NCBI GenBank assembly: GCA_016840855.1
Contig: JAEORO010000031.1
Span: 1-11,170, forward strand
Length of the DNA stretch: 11,170 nucleotides
Direction: 5' to 3'
From: Candidatus Thorarchaeota archaeon
Lineage (GTDB): Archaea > Asgardarchaeota > Thorarchaeia > Thorarchaeales > Thorarchaeaceae
In this document: in pieces, positions 1 to 6,453 of the stretch
Layout: each line of letters begins with the position of its first letter
Position numbering within the stretch: the stretch's first letter is position 1
Notes under the pieces: model-generated
Told to the model about the DNA's origin: nothing
Seen by the model: the letters and a program-made list of their open reading frames with translations, nothing else
The model's database searches: none
Translations under genes and position numbers: made by a program

Positions 1-507
1 AATTGCTGCATTTCTGGAGATTTTCAATGAGTCTGGGTCATTAATTTGTGTCATTCGAATGGAAAATACTAGCTGAATTATGCATGTGGCTACAATTGTC
101 CCCATTATTATCGCAGCAATCCAAGTAATCTCAACAATAATTTGGGATACACCGAGAAAACCGATGAAGCTCACAATGGTCGTGACAAGCAGGCTGATTT
201 CTCCTATGTAGAACAGATTCAACTTGTGATAGCCCGCTTCAGGTTCAATCACTTTAGCATAATCAAGTGTTGTCCATACTGAAAGAATGATTCCAACGAA
301 AACCAATATTAATCCTGGAACTGCGGCAATGACTGTGAAGAAGGGGTCAAGAGACCATATCGCTTCTCCTGGATCACCGTGATAGACATTTGTGATGAGA
401 TAGTCAAACCTAAGTCCAGTTAGGACTATCCAGAGAAAGCCCCCACCAAAAATGCCGAGAGAAACCAATGCTGGCCCTAATGGGATTCGTCCCAATTCTA
501 ACACCAC
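1..507 (-). CDS. Multi-pass membrane protein, hypothetical (3' end runs off the window; not in the ORF track)
   Basis: Manual translation gives an open frame from GTG (507 or 504; earliest possible GTG 522) to base 1: (V)VLELGRIPLGPALVSLGIFGGGFLWIVLTGLRFDY...FFTVIAAVPGLILVFVGIILSVW...ISLLVTTIVSFIGFLGVSQII...WIAAIIMGTIVATCIIQLVFSIR. It has about four hydrophobic segments. Confidence 0.8.
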   Translation of the reverse strand, partial: MVLELGRIPLGPALVSLGIFGGGFLWIVLTGLRFDYLITNVYHGDPGEAIWSLDPFFTVIAAVPGLILVFVGIILSVWTTLDYAKVIEPEAGYHKLNLFYIGEISLLVTTIVSFIGFLGVSQIIVEITWIAAIIMGTIVATCIIQLVFSIRMTQINDPDSLKISRNAAI

Positions 508-535
508 GCATATGTTATACACCCTTTAGCTTAAT

Positions 536-556
536 CAAATCTCGCTCTCCGCACCA
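536..556 (+). repeat. tRNA 3'-end copy 1 (att-like), probable tRNA-Leu
   Basis: CAAATCTCGCTCTCCGCACCA parses as part of the T-loop (CAAAT), 5-nt T-stem 3' strand, 7-nt acceptor 3' strand, discriminator A and CCA. It is 20/21 identical to 777-797. Confidence 0.85.
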
Positions 557-589
557 ATTTCATCTATTTTCCGGAAATCATGATTTTGA

Positions 590-730
590 TTAGCTTCCAG
601 CAAGTTCTGCCTCACAGTCTTGTTGCTGAAACCACAGAATACCTCGTCTATAGTTGATGATAGTGAATAAAATAAGAAAAACAACAAAAGCTGCTATGAA
701 GAGTGGCCAATTAAAGGAGTCAAACTGCAT
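590..730 (-). CDS. Small single-pass membrane protein, 46 aa (not in the ORF track)
   Basis: ATG at 730 to TAA at 590: MQFDSFNWPLFIAAFVVFLILFTIINYRRGILWFQQQDCEAELAGS. One strong hydrophobic helix is followed by RR, and the ORF fits between repeats 1 and 2. Confidence 0.7.
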   Translation of the reverse strand: MQFDSFNWPLFIAAFVVFLILFTIINYRRGILWFQQQDCEAELAGS

Positions 731-752
731 CAATACTCACGGTTCAGTATAC

Positions 753-776
753 CGAAGATTAATCGATAAATCTTCG
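753..776. promoter_or_regulatory. 24-bp near-perfect palindrome abutting repeat 2
   Basis: CGAAGATT-A-ATCGAT-A-AATCTTCG is self-complementary except A761/A768. It lies between divergent genes and ends immediately before base 777. Confidence 0.5.
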
Positions 777-797
777 CAAATCTCGCCCTCCGCACCA
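777..797 (+). repeat. tRNA 3'-end copy 2 (att-like), probable tRNA-Leu
   Basis: CAAAT CTCGC CCTCCGC A CCA implies a parent tRNA starting GCGGAGG with discriminator A, which resembles archaeal tRNA-Leu. The parent tRNA is not in the window. Confidence 0.85.
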
Positions 798-862
798 GCT
801 CTTACTCGTAAGAAAATCCTCAAATCTATTTGTTAACTTATTCTCAGCAGGGGGATTGATTC

Positions 863-1396
863 ATGCAAGAGTCTCCTATTTCCTATTCCTACGATAAACA
901 AAGACTCATTGGAATAATCATCCCACTACTTTTACTAGGTTTTGTTGCATTCGCCTCACCAATTGCTGTCCTCGTAACCACTGAAGAACCACCTCCTTTT
1001 CCACCCCCGGGTTGGGAGTCAAGTGTCACGATTTATCTTTGGGCTGCAAGATTTACTTCCGCATTTATACAAACAGAGTATGGTTTAGAAGGCGGGATCA
1101 CAAATTTTCATACAATCCCATTTGTAATCATGACGATGCTGTATTTCATTATCCACATTGCTGTGGGGTTGAGAATAGTCCCAGCTAGATACGGTGCAGG
1201 AGTTGCTGTCATAGTCCTTATAATTTGGGTAACCATCTGTCATTTAATCTATGGCACTCTACAAGAGTGGTCACTAATCCAAATTCCAATACTACCAATA
1301 GTAGGAGTTACTATTCTGCTGGTTGTATATGGGAACCAAGTGTTTCGGCTCTCACCCACCACGCCAGCTTCTTCCTTCTATCTATCAGCATCGTAG
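863..1396 (+). CDS. Multi-pass membrane protein, hypothetical
   Basis: 177-aa ORF with about four hydrophobic segments and a Pro-rich loop (EEPPPFPPPGW). GGGGG lies shortly upstream of the ATG, and the stop is 13 bp before repeat 3. Confidence 0.8.
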   Translation: MQESPISYSYDKQRLIGIIIPLLLLGFVAFASPIAVLVTTEEPPPFPPPGWESSVTIYLWAARFTSAFIQTEYGLEGGITNFHTIPFVIMTMLYFIIHIAVGLRIVPARYGAGVAVIVLIIWVTICHLIYGTLQEWSLIQIPILPIVGVTILLVVYGNQVFRLSPTTPASSFYLSAS

Positions 1397-1409
1397 TTTC
1401 TGCATCAGC

Positions 1410-1430
1410 CAATTCTCACCCTCCTTACCA
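1410..1430 (+). repeat. tRNA 3'-end copy 3, degenerate
   Basis: CAATTCTCACCCTCCTTACCA matches 777-797 at 17/21 ungapped, in the same orientation, with ACCA retained, directly after a gene end. Confidence 0.65.
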
Positions 1431-1523
1431 CTCTTTCTAGCAATTTCATCATTTCGAGAATATCTGAAGTCAATCCTTAAGTGAAACAACCAAGATATGA
1501 AATTTACAAACAAGATTGTAAAA

Positions 1524-1688
1524 GGACCCACCCCAGGTGCGACGAGGCAAATTCGCATCCCTAATACAGGTGGGTCCGAGGGAGGGAGTTGTCTTCTGAA
1601 GTCTGATGGGACTCGACAAAGCATTGTGATCCAAGACGTGCATTGTTTTTACTGCGAGTCCCTGGTGGAAGGCGTGAATCTTGGATTC
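1524..1688. ncRNA. Putative structured non-coding RNA (long hairpin plus pseudoknot or switch), family unknown
   Basis: Complementary pairs are GGACCCACC 1524-1532/GGTGGGTCC 1569-1577, GGTGCGA 1536-1542/TCGCATC 1553-1559, GGGACTCG 1608-1615/CGAGTCCC 1655-1662 and ATCCAAGA 1629-1636/TCTTGGAT 1679-1686. The last two pairs are interleaved. The minus strand has TTTTATAT (1718-1711) upstream and TTTT (1523-1520) downstream. Confidence 0.55.
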
Positions 1689-1710
1689 ATTCATTAATGC
1701 GAAGGAGCTA

Positions 1711-1718
1711 ATATAAAA
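1711..1718 (-). promoter_or_regulatory. Candidate TATA box for a minus-strand transcript starting near 1690
   Basis: TTTTATAT on the minus strand, about 22-30 nt upstream of the first stem of the structured element. Confidence 0.35.
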
Positions 1719-1849
1719 TCGTCATGAAAACAATTGCTGCTTTTTCAACCAGCACATGCAAAATTATGGTACATTTAACACAAATTTGGAACTACGGCAA
1801 TGTATAAAGGTCAAGATGGTAGGGAGCATCTTAGACCCCTTGGGAGTGA

Positions 1850-2857
1850 TTGAGAACGTCATCTCGAAGAATTGGAATAGTCGGAACAGGCAACATGGGT
1901 CGAATACATGCACGTATTCTTAGCGACTTAGGCGCTCTTGTGGGTGTAGCTGATACTGACCATGCTACTGCGCAACAGGTAGCAAAAGAGCACAACACAA
2001 TTCCATTCAACGACTTTGAATCAATGATTGATGAAACAAAACCAGACGGTGTTGTAATTGCCACACCAACATCAACTCATGCAAATATAGCCCGAACAAT
2101 AGCCACAAAATATGAGGATATCAAGGGAATACTCATCGAAAAACCTCTAGCCAGCACATTAGAAGATGGAAAAAAGGTTGCAGAGATAGTGAAGAAACGA
2201 GGAATCGTCACTTTAGTTTCGCACTCAGAGATCTACAATCCAATTGTTGGGAGAGCACTATCACTCATAAAAACTGATGCAATTGGGAGTCCTCAGACTG
2301 TTATTTACGATAGACGAGGATTTGTACAACCAGAGAGAATCCCATCGCTTGGTGATGTCTTTGAAGATCTAGGCGTACACGACTTTGACATCATGGCAAG
2401 GATTAGTAACGGACCTGCAAAACTCTATGCTCAGAGTGACACTGTTGGTGGAATTCATAATAGTGGAGAGATTATGGTGAAGTTTGTTTCCGGAACAAAG
2501 CACATCTTTCACCTCTCTAGACAGTATGCTGGACGCCGGCGATACATGGACGTTTCAGGCTCAAAAGGGGCATTGGTTCTTGATTTGTTCGGTCAGATAA
2601 TCAAGGTACAGCATTTGGATCAAGCACCTGTTGCTAAAGGTGACACAATACAGCTTCCTGAGAGAGGAGCAACAATCAAAGTCTATGGTGAACCAGTAAG
2701 AGAAGTACTCAATGACTTTTTACGATGTATAAAGACAGGTGAAACTCCAAGGGTTAGCATAGATGATGCTCTATGCGCATTAGAGATTGTGGAAGCTTCA
2801 AGAAAGAGCGCAGAATCAGGAGATGTAGTAGATATCGAGATAAAACCTAGGAGATAA
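1850..2857 (+). CDS. Gfo/Idh/MocA family NAD(P)-dependent oxidoreductase
   Basis: Rossmann motif IGIVGTGNMG, plus ATPTSTH, EKP and DLGVHDFD motifs. TTG start, with TATAAA at 1803-1808 upstream. Confidence 0.92.
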   Translation: MRTSSRRIGIVGTGNMGRIHARILSDLGALVGVADTDHATAQQVAKEHNTIPFNDFESMIDETKPDGVVIATPTSTHANIARTIATKYEDIKGILIEKPLASTLEDGKKVAEIVKKRGIVTLVSHSEIYNPIVGRALSLIKTDAIGSPQTVIYDRRGFVQPERIPSLGDVFEDLGVHDFDIMARISNGPAKLYAQSDTVGGIHNSGEIMVKFVSGTKHIFHLSRQYAGRRRYMDVSGSKGALVLDLFGQIIKVQHLDQAPVAKGDTIQLPERGATIKVYGEPVREVLNDFLRCIKTGETPRVSIDDALCALEIVEASRKSAESGDVVDIEIKPRR

Positions 2858-4136
2858 CTTTTCCATTCAGATGGGTTCGTTTTGATGATGTAATCTCAAC
2901 ATCAACGATTGTTCCTAGTTTCAAATCCTCGTTAACAACAACTATCTTGTAAGACTCATTTCGTCCCAGCATTCCACCTTTTGAACCCTTCTCGGTAATC
3001 ATGATTGGACCAGACCATCCAACCCATGCTTCATTGGATTCTGTGATAATCTCATTTGCGATCTTTGTCAAAATCCTACTGCGGTTCTTCTTCACTGAAG
3101 TATCTACCTTTTCATTTGATTGTGAGGCAAGAGTATTAGGCCTATCGCCATACTTTGAGATATTGATGACCGATGGTCTTACACTTTGAATTAATTCAAG
3201 GGTTTCTTTGAAATCGGTTTCATTTTCACCCGGAAATCCAACTATGATGTCAGTAGCGATTGTTGGATTCTTGAATCGTTTCCTGACCCTCTCAACAATG
3301 TTCACCCAATCACTGGCAATGTACCTGCGTTTCATTGTTTTCAGAATCTTATCACTACCAGACTGGAGGGGGATATGAAAGAACTTAAAGAAATGCTCAT
3401 TTTTCATCGACTCTAGAAGGTCGTTGATTGAGCTCATCACAATGTTTGGATTAAACATACCAAGTCGATACTTGTGATTTCCTTCAATAGTAGCTATTGA
3501 CTGCATAAGCCCAGTAAGTGTTTCACCAGTGTCATTTCCAAACACTGCAGCATCTTGAGATGTTAATCGAATCTCACGGTATCCAAGATGGACACATCGC
3601 TCGATTATTCGATGGATGCTTGAAATAGAATAGCTTCGTACCTTTCCGCGGGCGAATTTCACAGCACAGTATGCGCAACTCCCAAGGCAGCCTTCACAGA
3701 TTGGGATGGTGCAAATTACACTATCAGGTGGTCCTACCAACCATTTTAGTTTGTAAGAATTATCAGATTCTATTTGCCGAATTCCTCTCGCACCATGGAG
3801 AATACGCTGAACAATAGATGCCAGTGTGTCAATTGATTGAGGACCAAGTAATGCAGCATATTCTGGAATTGCCTTCTCGATTCGATCAGGAGAGATTTTT
3901 GGCAGACATCCGGTAACAATGATTGGAGTACTGCCCTGTCCCAGTTGTTCAAGTCTATGAATGATTTTGTCCTCTGTTGGTTCCTTAACACCGCACGTGT
4001 TCAGTAAAATCAGCTCGGCTTCACGGATGTCCTTTACACGTTGTCCTTCAATAGCTTCAAGGCGTCCTATAATGATGTCAGAATCAGCCGCGTTTAGCGA
4101 ACACCCATACGTTTCAAGATAGTATTTGAGGACCAT
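2847..4136 (-). CDS. mtaB: Radical SAM tRNA methylthiotransferase, MiaB-like, archaeal MtaB/CDKAL1 type (t6A37 to ms2t6A37)
   Basis: UPF0004 N-terminal Cys motifs (ETYGC, NTCGVK, TGC), CxxxCxxC (CLGSCAYC), HIPLQSGS, TDIIVGFPGE and a C-terminal TRAM-like domain. Confidence 0.88.
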   Translation of the reverse strand: MVLKYYLETYGCSLNAADSDIIIGRLEAIEGQRVKDIREAELILLNTCGVKEPTEDKIIHRLEQLGQGSTPIIVTGCLPKISPDRIEKAIPEYAALLGPQSIDTLASIVQRILHGARGIRQIESDNSYKLKWLVGPPDSVICTIPICEGCLGSCAYCAVKFARGKVRSYSISSIHRIIERCVHLGYREIRLTSQDAAVFGNDTGETLTGLMQSIATIEGNHKYRLGMFNPNIVMSSINDLLESMKNEHFFKFFHIPLQSGSDKILKTMKRRYIASDWVNIVERVRKRFKNPTIATDIIVGFPGENETDFKETLELIQSVRPSVINISKYGDRPNTLASQSNEKVDTSVKKNRSRILTKIANEIITESNEAWVGWSGPIMITEKGSKGGMLGRNESYKIVVVNEDLKLGTIVDVEITSSKRTHLNGKVIS

Positions 4137-4147
4137 ACACTCAACAC

Positions 4148-4441
4148 CTAGCCGCCTTGAACATGAGGAAGGATGGCAATTTCATCCCCATCTTGAATGA
4201 CTATATCAATTCCTCCCAGGGTTTCAACATCTTTCTTGTTAAGCATCACAATCAGATTTCCACTGATATTATCATTGTGCATTATAAGTTTCCTGAGTTC
4301 TTCTCCTCCAATCTCAACAACTCTATTGACAACTTGTCGGACTGTTGTATTGTCAGGAACCTCAATGTCTATGATTTTTTCTTTCAGATGCCTTCGCACT
4401 GGTCCGAACGACTTGAACTTGACTTTCAAATGGTTAACCAT
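4148..4441 (-). CDS. MoaD/ThiS/SAMP/Urm1-family ubiquitin-like protein
   Basis: About 97 aa with a beta-grasp-type pattern (VKFKSFG...IVMLNKKDV...DGDEIAILPHVQGG) and C-terminal diglycine. Start placed at ATG 4441; the ORF track extends it to 4456. Confidence 0.9.
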   Translation of the reverse strand: MVNHLKVKFKSFGPVRRHLKEKIIDIEVPDNTTVRQVVNRVVEIGGEELRKLIMHNDNISGNLIVMLNKKDVETLGGIDIVIQDGDEIAILPHVQGG

Positions 4442-4461
4442 TGCAGTTGAAAGCAAGAGGA

Positions 4462-4833
4462 CTATTCAGCCTTTTGATAATACGAAATGACCTCATCCAC
4501 AAGAGCATCAACGACCGTAATGATCTCCTCAATCTCGCTTCGACTGGCATTATCATAGTGAATACCAACAGTGACAAAAGTGGGAACTTCTAGAGCTTTG
4601 CAGATTTTCTCTGCAGATGTGTTGGCCACAACATAGTCCTTGTGTCCAGGTAGAGTGAGAGTACTCACACTTATGGTTGTAGCATCTCGGTAGTGGCTCT
4701 TTGTTGGATATGCTGTGGCAACACCACCGATATGGTGTTCATCACCGCCATATATGGCAATTAGAAGGTCTCTCCCAATCTCTTTTGCTTCAAGACGGAT
4801 ATTGTGCCGGCCAGCTTTTCTTTCGAATATCAT
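4462..4833 (-). CDS. LpdD-like (prenylated-flavin chaperone / proteasome-assembly-chaperone-like) protein
   Basis: 123 aa with motifs G-x-DL...GG-x3-HIG, PGHKD and GIH-x-D-x-A, recalled as characteristic of the LpdD/PAC_bac family. Confidence 0.7.
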   Translation of the reverse strand: MIFERKAGRHNIRLEAKEIGRDLLIAIYGGDEHHIGGVATAYPTKSHYRDATTISVSTLTLPGHKDYVVANTSAEKICKALEVPTFVTVGIHYDNASRSEIEEIITVVDALVDEVISYYQKAE

Positions 4834-4884
4834 TGTTGTTTTGGTAGCTGAACTTACCTCTAATATTTTCGGTGCGCCATTTGC

Positions 4885-6453
4885 CTATTCGTTGCTTTCC
4901 TCTTTCTGGTGCTGTTGGAACATCCTATATGAGAGTGTCATGGTCTTCGGATGTGCAGATCTATACTCATCCAGAAGACCAACAGATGTGCTGTATGGTG
5001 CATTCTTCACTTTTTCAGGATCTTCATGAGCTTCTTTCGAGATTGCCTCAAGTGTGAAGATGAAGAAATCAAGATCTTGACGAGACTCTGTTTCCGTTGG
5101 TTCAATCATCAAGGCCTCAGGGACTATGAGAGGGAAATATACAGTGGGAGCATGTACACCAAAGTCAAGCAGACGTTTAGCCACATTCATGGCAGTGACT
5201 TCAGTCTTTTTCTTCAGCTCTTCAGCTGAGATGACACATTCATGCATCCGAGGAGCATCTTGTGAGTATGGAAGAGTAAATCCGGGTATATTTCGCACAT
5301 GATGTGCAACATAGTTAGCATTCAGTACTGCCACCTCAGATGCTCTTTCGAGACCTTCAGCACCTAGGGCATAGATATACGAATAGGCTCGAATTAATAC
5401 GCCAAAGTTTCCATAGAAGCTTTTGACTTTTCCAATTGACCGTGGATAGTCATAGTCCAAGTCAAAACTACCATCTTCCTTCTTCACAACACGTGGGACT
5501 GGGAGAAAGTCAATCAACTTCTCAGTGACACCGACTGGACCAGCTCCTGGTCCTCCTCCACCGTGTGGTGTTGAGAACGACTTGTGAAGGTTCAGGTGAA
5601 CAACATCAAAGCCCATATCACCTGGTCTGACCTTGCCCATTATCGCATTGAAATTGGCACCATCGTAGTATACCAGTCCACCAGCATCATGCACAATATC
5701 AGTGATCTCTTCGATATCTTTCTCAAAGACTCCTATTGTGTTAGGGTTGGTGAGCATAAGACCAGCTGTCTTTGGACCAATAACCTCTTTCAAAGCATCT
5801 AAGTCTACTAACCCTTCCTTACTTGAGGGGATTACGACTACTTTGTATCCAGCCATCGCAGCTGATGCTGGATTTGTGCCATGTGCAGCATCTGGAATAA
5901 GCATCTCAGTTCGCTGCTCACAGTTTTCTGTGAAGCAACGATGAAACTCACGTATCATCATGACTCCAGTCCATTCACCCTGAGCGCCTGCAGCAGGCTG
6001 AAGGGTGACAGCATCCATTCCAGTTATCTCACCAAGCCATCGTTCCAACTCCCACATCATTTCAAGAGCTCCTTGAGTCATAGAAGAGTCTTGAAGCGGA
6101 TGCAACCACGCAAAACCAGCTGTACTAGCAGCCCAATTGTTTTCAGCGGGATTATATTTCATCGTGCAGCTGCCCAATGGATAAGTGCCAAGGTTCACTG
6201 CGAAGTTCATCTGTGAGAGTCGAGTATAATGACGAGCAATCCCAGGCTCTGAAACCTCAGGTATTCTTGGTGATTCCTTTCGAACCATCTTATTTGGCAT
6301 AACATCCTCAATGCTACCAACCACCTTTTTCACATCAGGCTCAGGGGTTGGGAAAACATGTCCCACAATTCCAGGCATTGATCTTTCAAAGATTAGAGGT
6401 TCAATCCACTTTGCTTGGCGTACCTTGGTGTCATCAGGTCTGTCTTGCTTCAT
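4885..6453 (-). CDS. gcvPB: Glycine dehydrogenase (decarboxylating) subunit 2
   Basis: Motifs YPLGSCTMKYNP, QPAAGAQGE, AHGTNPASA, YYDGAN, PLP-lysine motif NLHKSFSTPHGGGGPG and IEPTETE. Confidence 0.97.
   Translation of the reverse strand: MKQDRPDDTKVRQAKWIEPLIFERSMPGIVGHVFPTPEPDVKKVVGSIEDVMPNKMVRKESPRIPEVSEPGIARHYTRLSQMNFAVNLGTYPLGSCTMKYNPAENNWAASTAGFAWLHPLQDSSMTQGALEMMWELERWLGEITGMDAVTLQPAAGAQGEWTGVMMIREFHRCFTENCEQRTEMLIPDAAHGTNPASAAMAGYKVVVIPSSKEGLVDLDALKEVIGPKTAGLMLTNPNTIGVFEKDIEEITDIVHDAGGLVYYDGANFNAIMGKVRPGDMGFDVVHLNLHKSFSTPHGGGGPGAGPVGVTEKLIDFLPVPRVVKKEDGSFDLDYDYPRSIGKVKSFYGNFGVLIRAYSYIYALGAEGLERASEVAVLNANYVAHHVRNIPGFTLPYSQDAPRMHECVISAEELKKKTEVTAMNVAKRLLDFGVHAPTVYFPLIVPEALMIEPTETESRQDLDFFIFTLEAISKEAHEDPEKVKNAPYSTSVGLLDEYRSAHPKTMTLSYRMFQQHQKEESNE

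Noticed and set aside
654-836. 60-aa plus-strand ORF
   Set aside because: It is the antisense shadow of the hydrophobic 46-aa ORF and runs through repeat 2.
536-1430. CRISPR array interpretation of the 21-bp repeats
   Set aside because: The spacers are 220 and 612 bp and contain genes, the repeats parse as tRNA ends, and no cas genes are present.
1601-1688. HDV-like or hammerhead ribozyme, or fluoride riboswitch
   Set aside because: The stem order is loosely HDV-like but the P3/L3/P1.1 core is missing. CTGATGG is not the hammerhead CTGANGA...GAAA core, and the 3' half of the fluoride motif is absent.
1225-1697. Short ORFs 1225-1440, 1385-1624, 1470-1694 and 1497-1697
   Set aside because: They overlap each other, match no family I recognise, and the region is better explained by base-paired structure. 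The 66-aa ORF with CFYC cannot be fully excluded.
2847-2857. 11-bp convergent overlap of the oxidoreductase and methylthiotransferase genes
   Set aside because: Short tail-to-tail overlaps are common in compact archaeal genomes.
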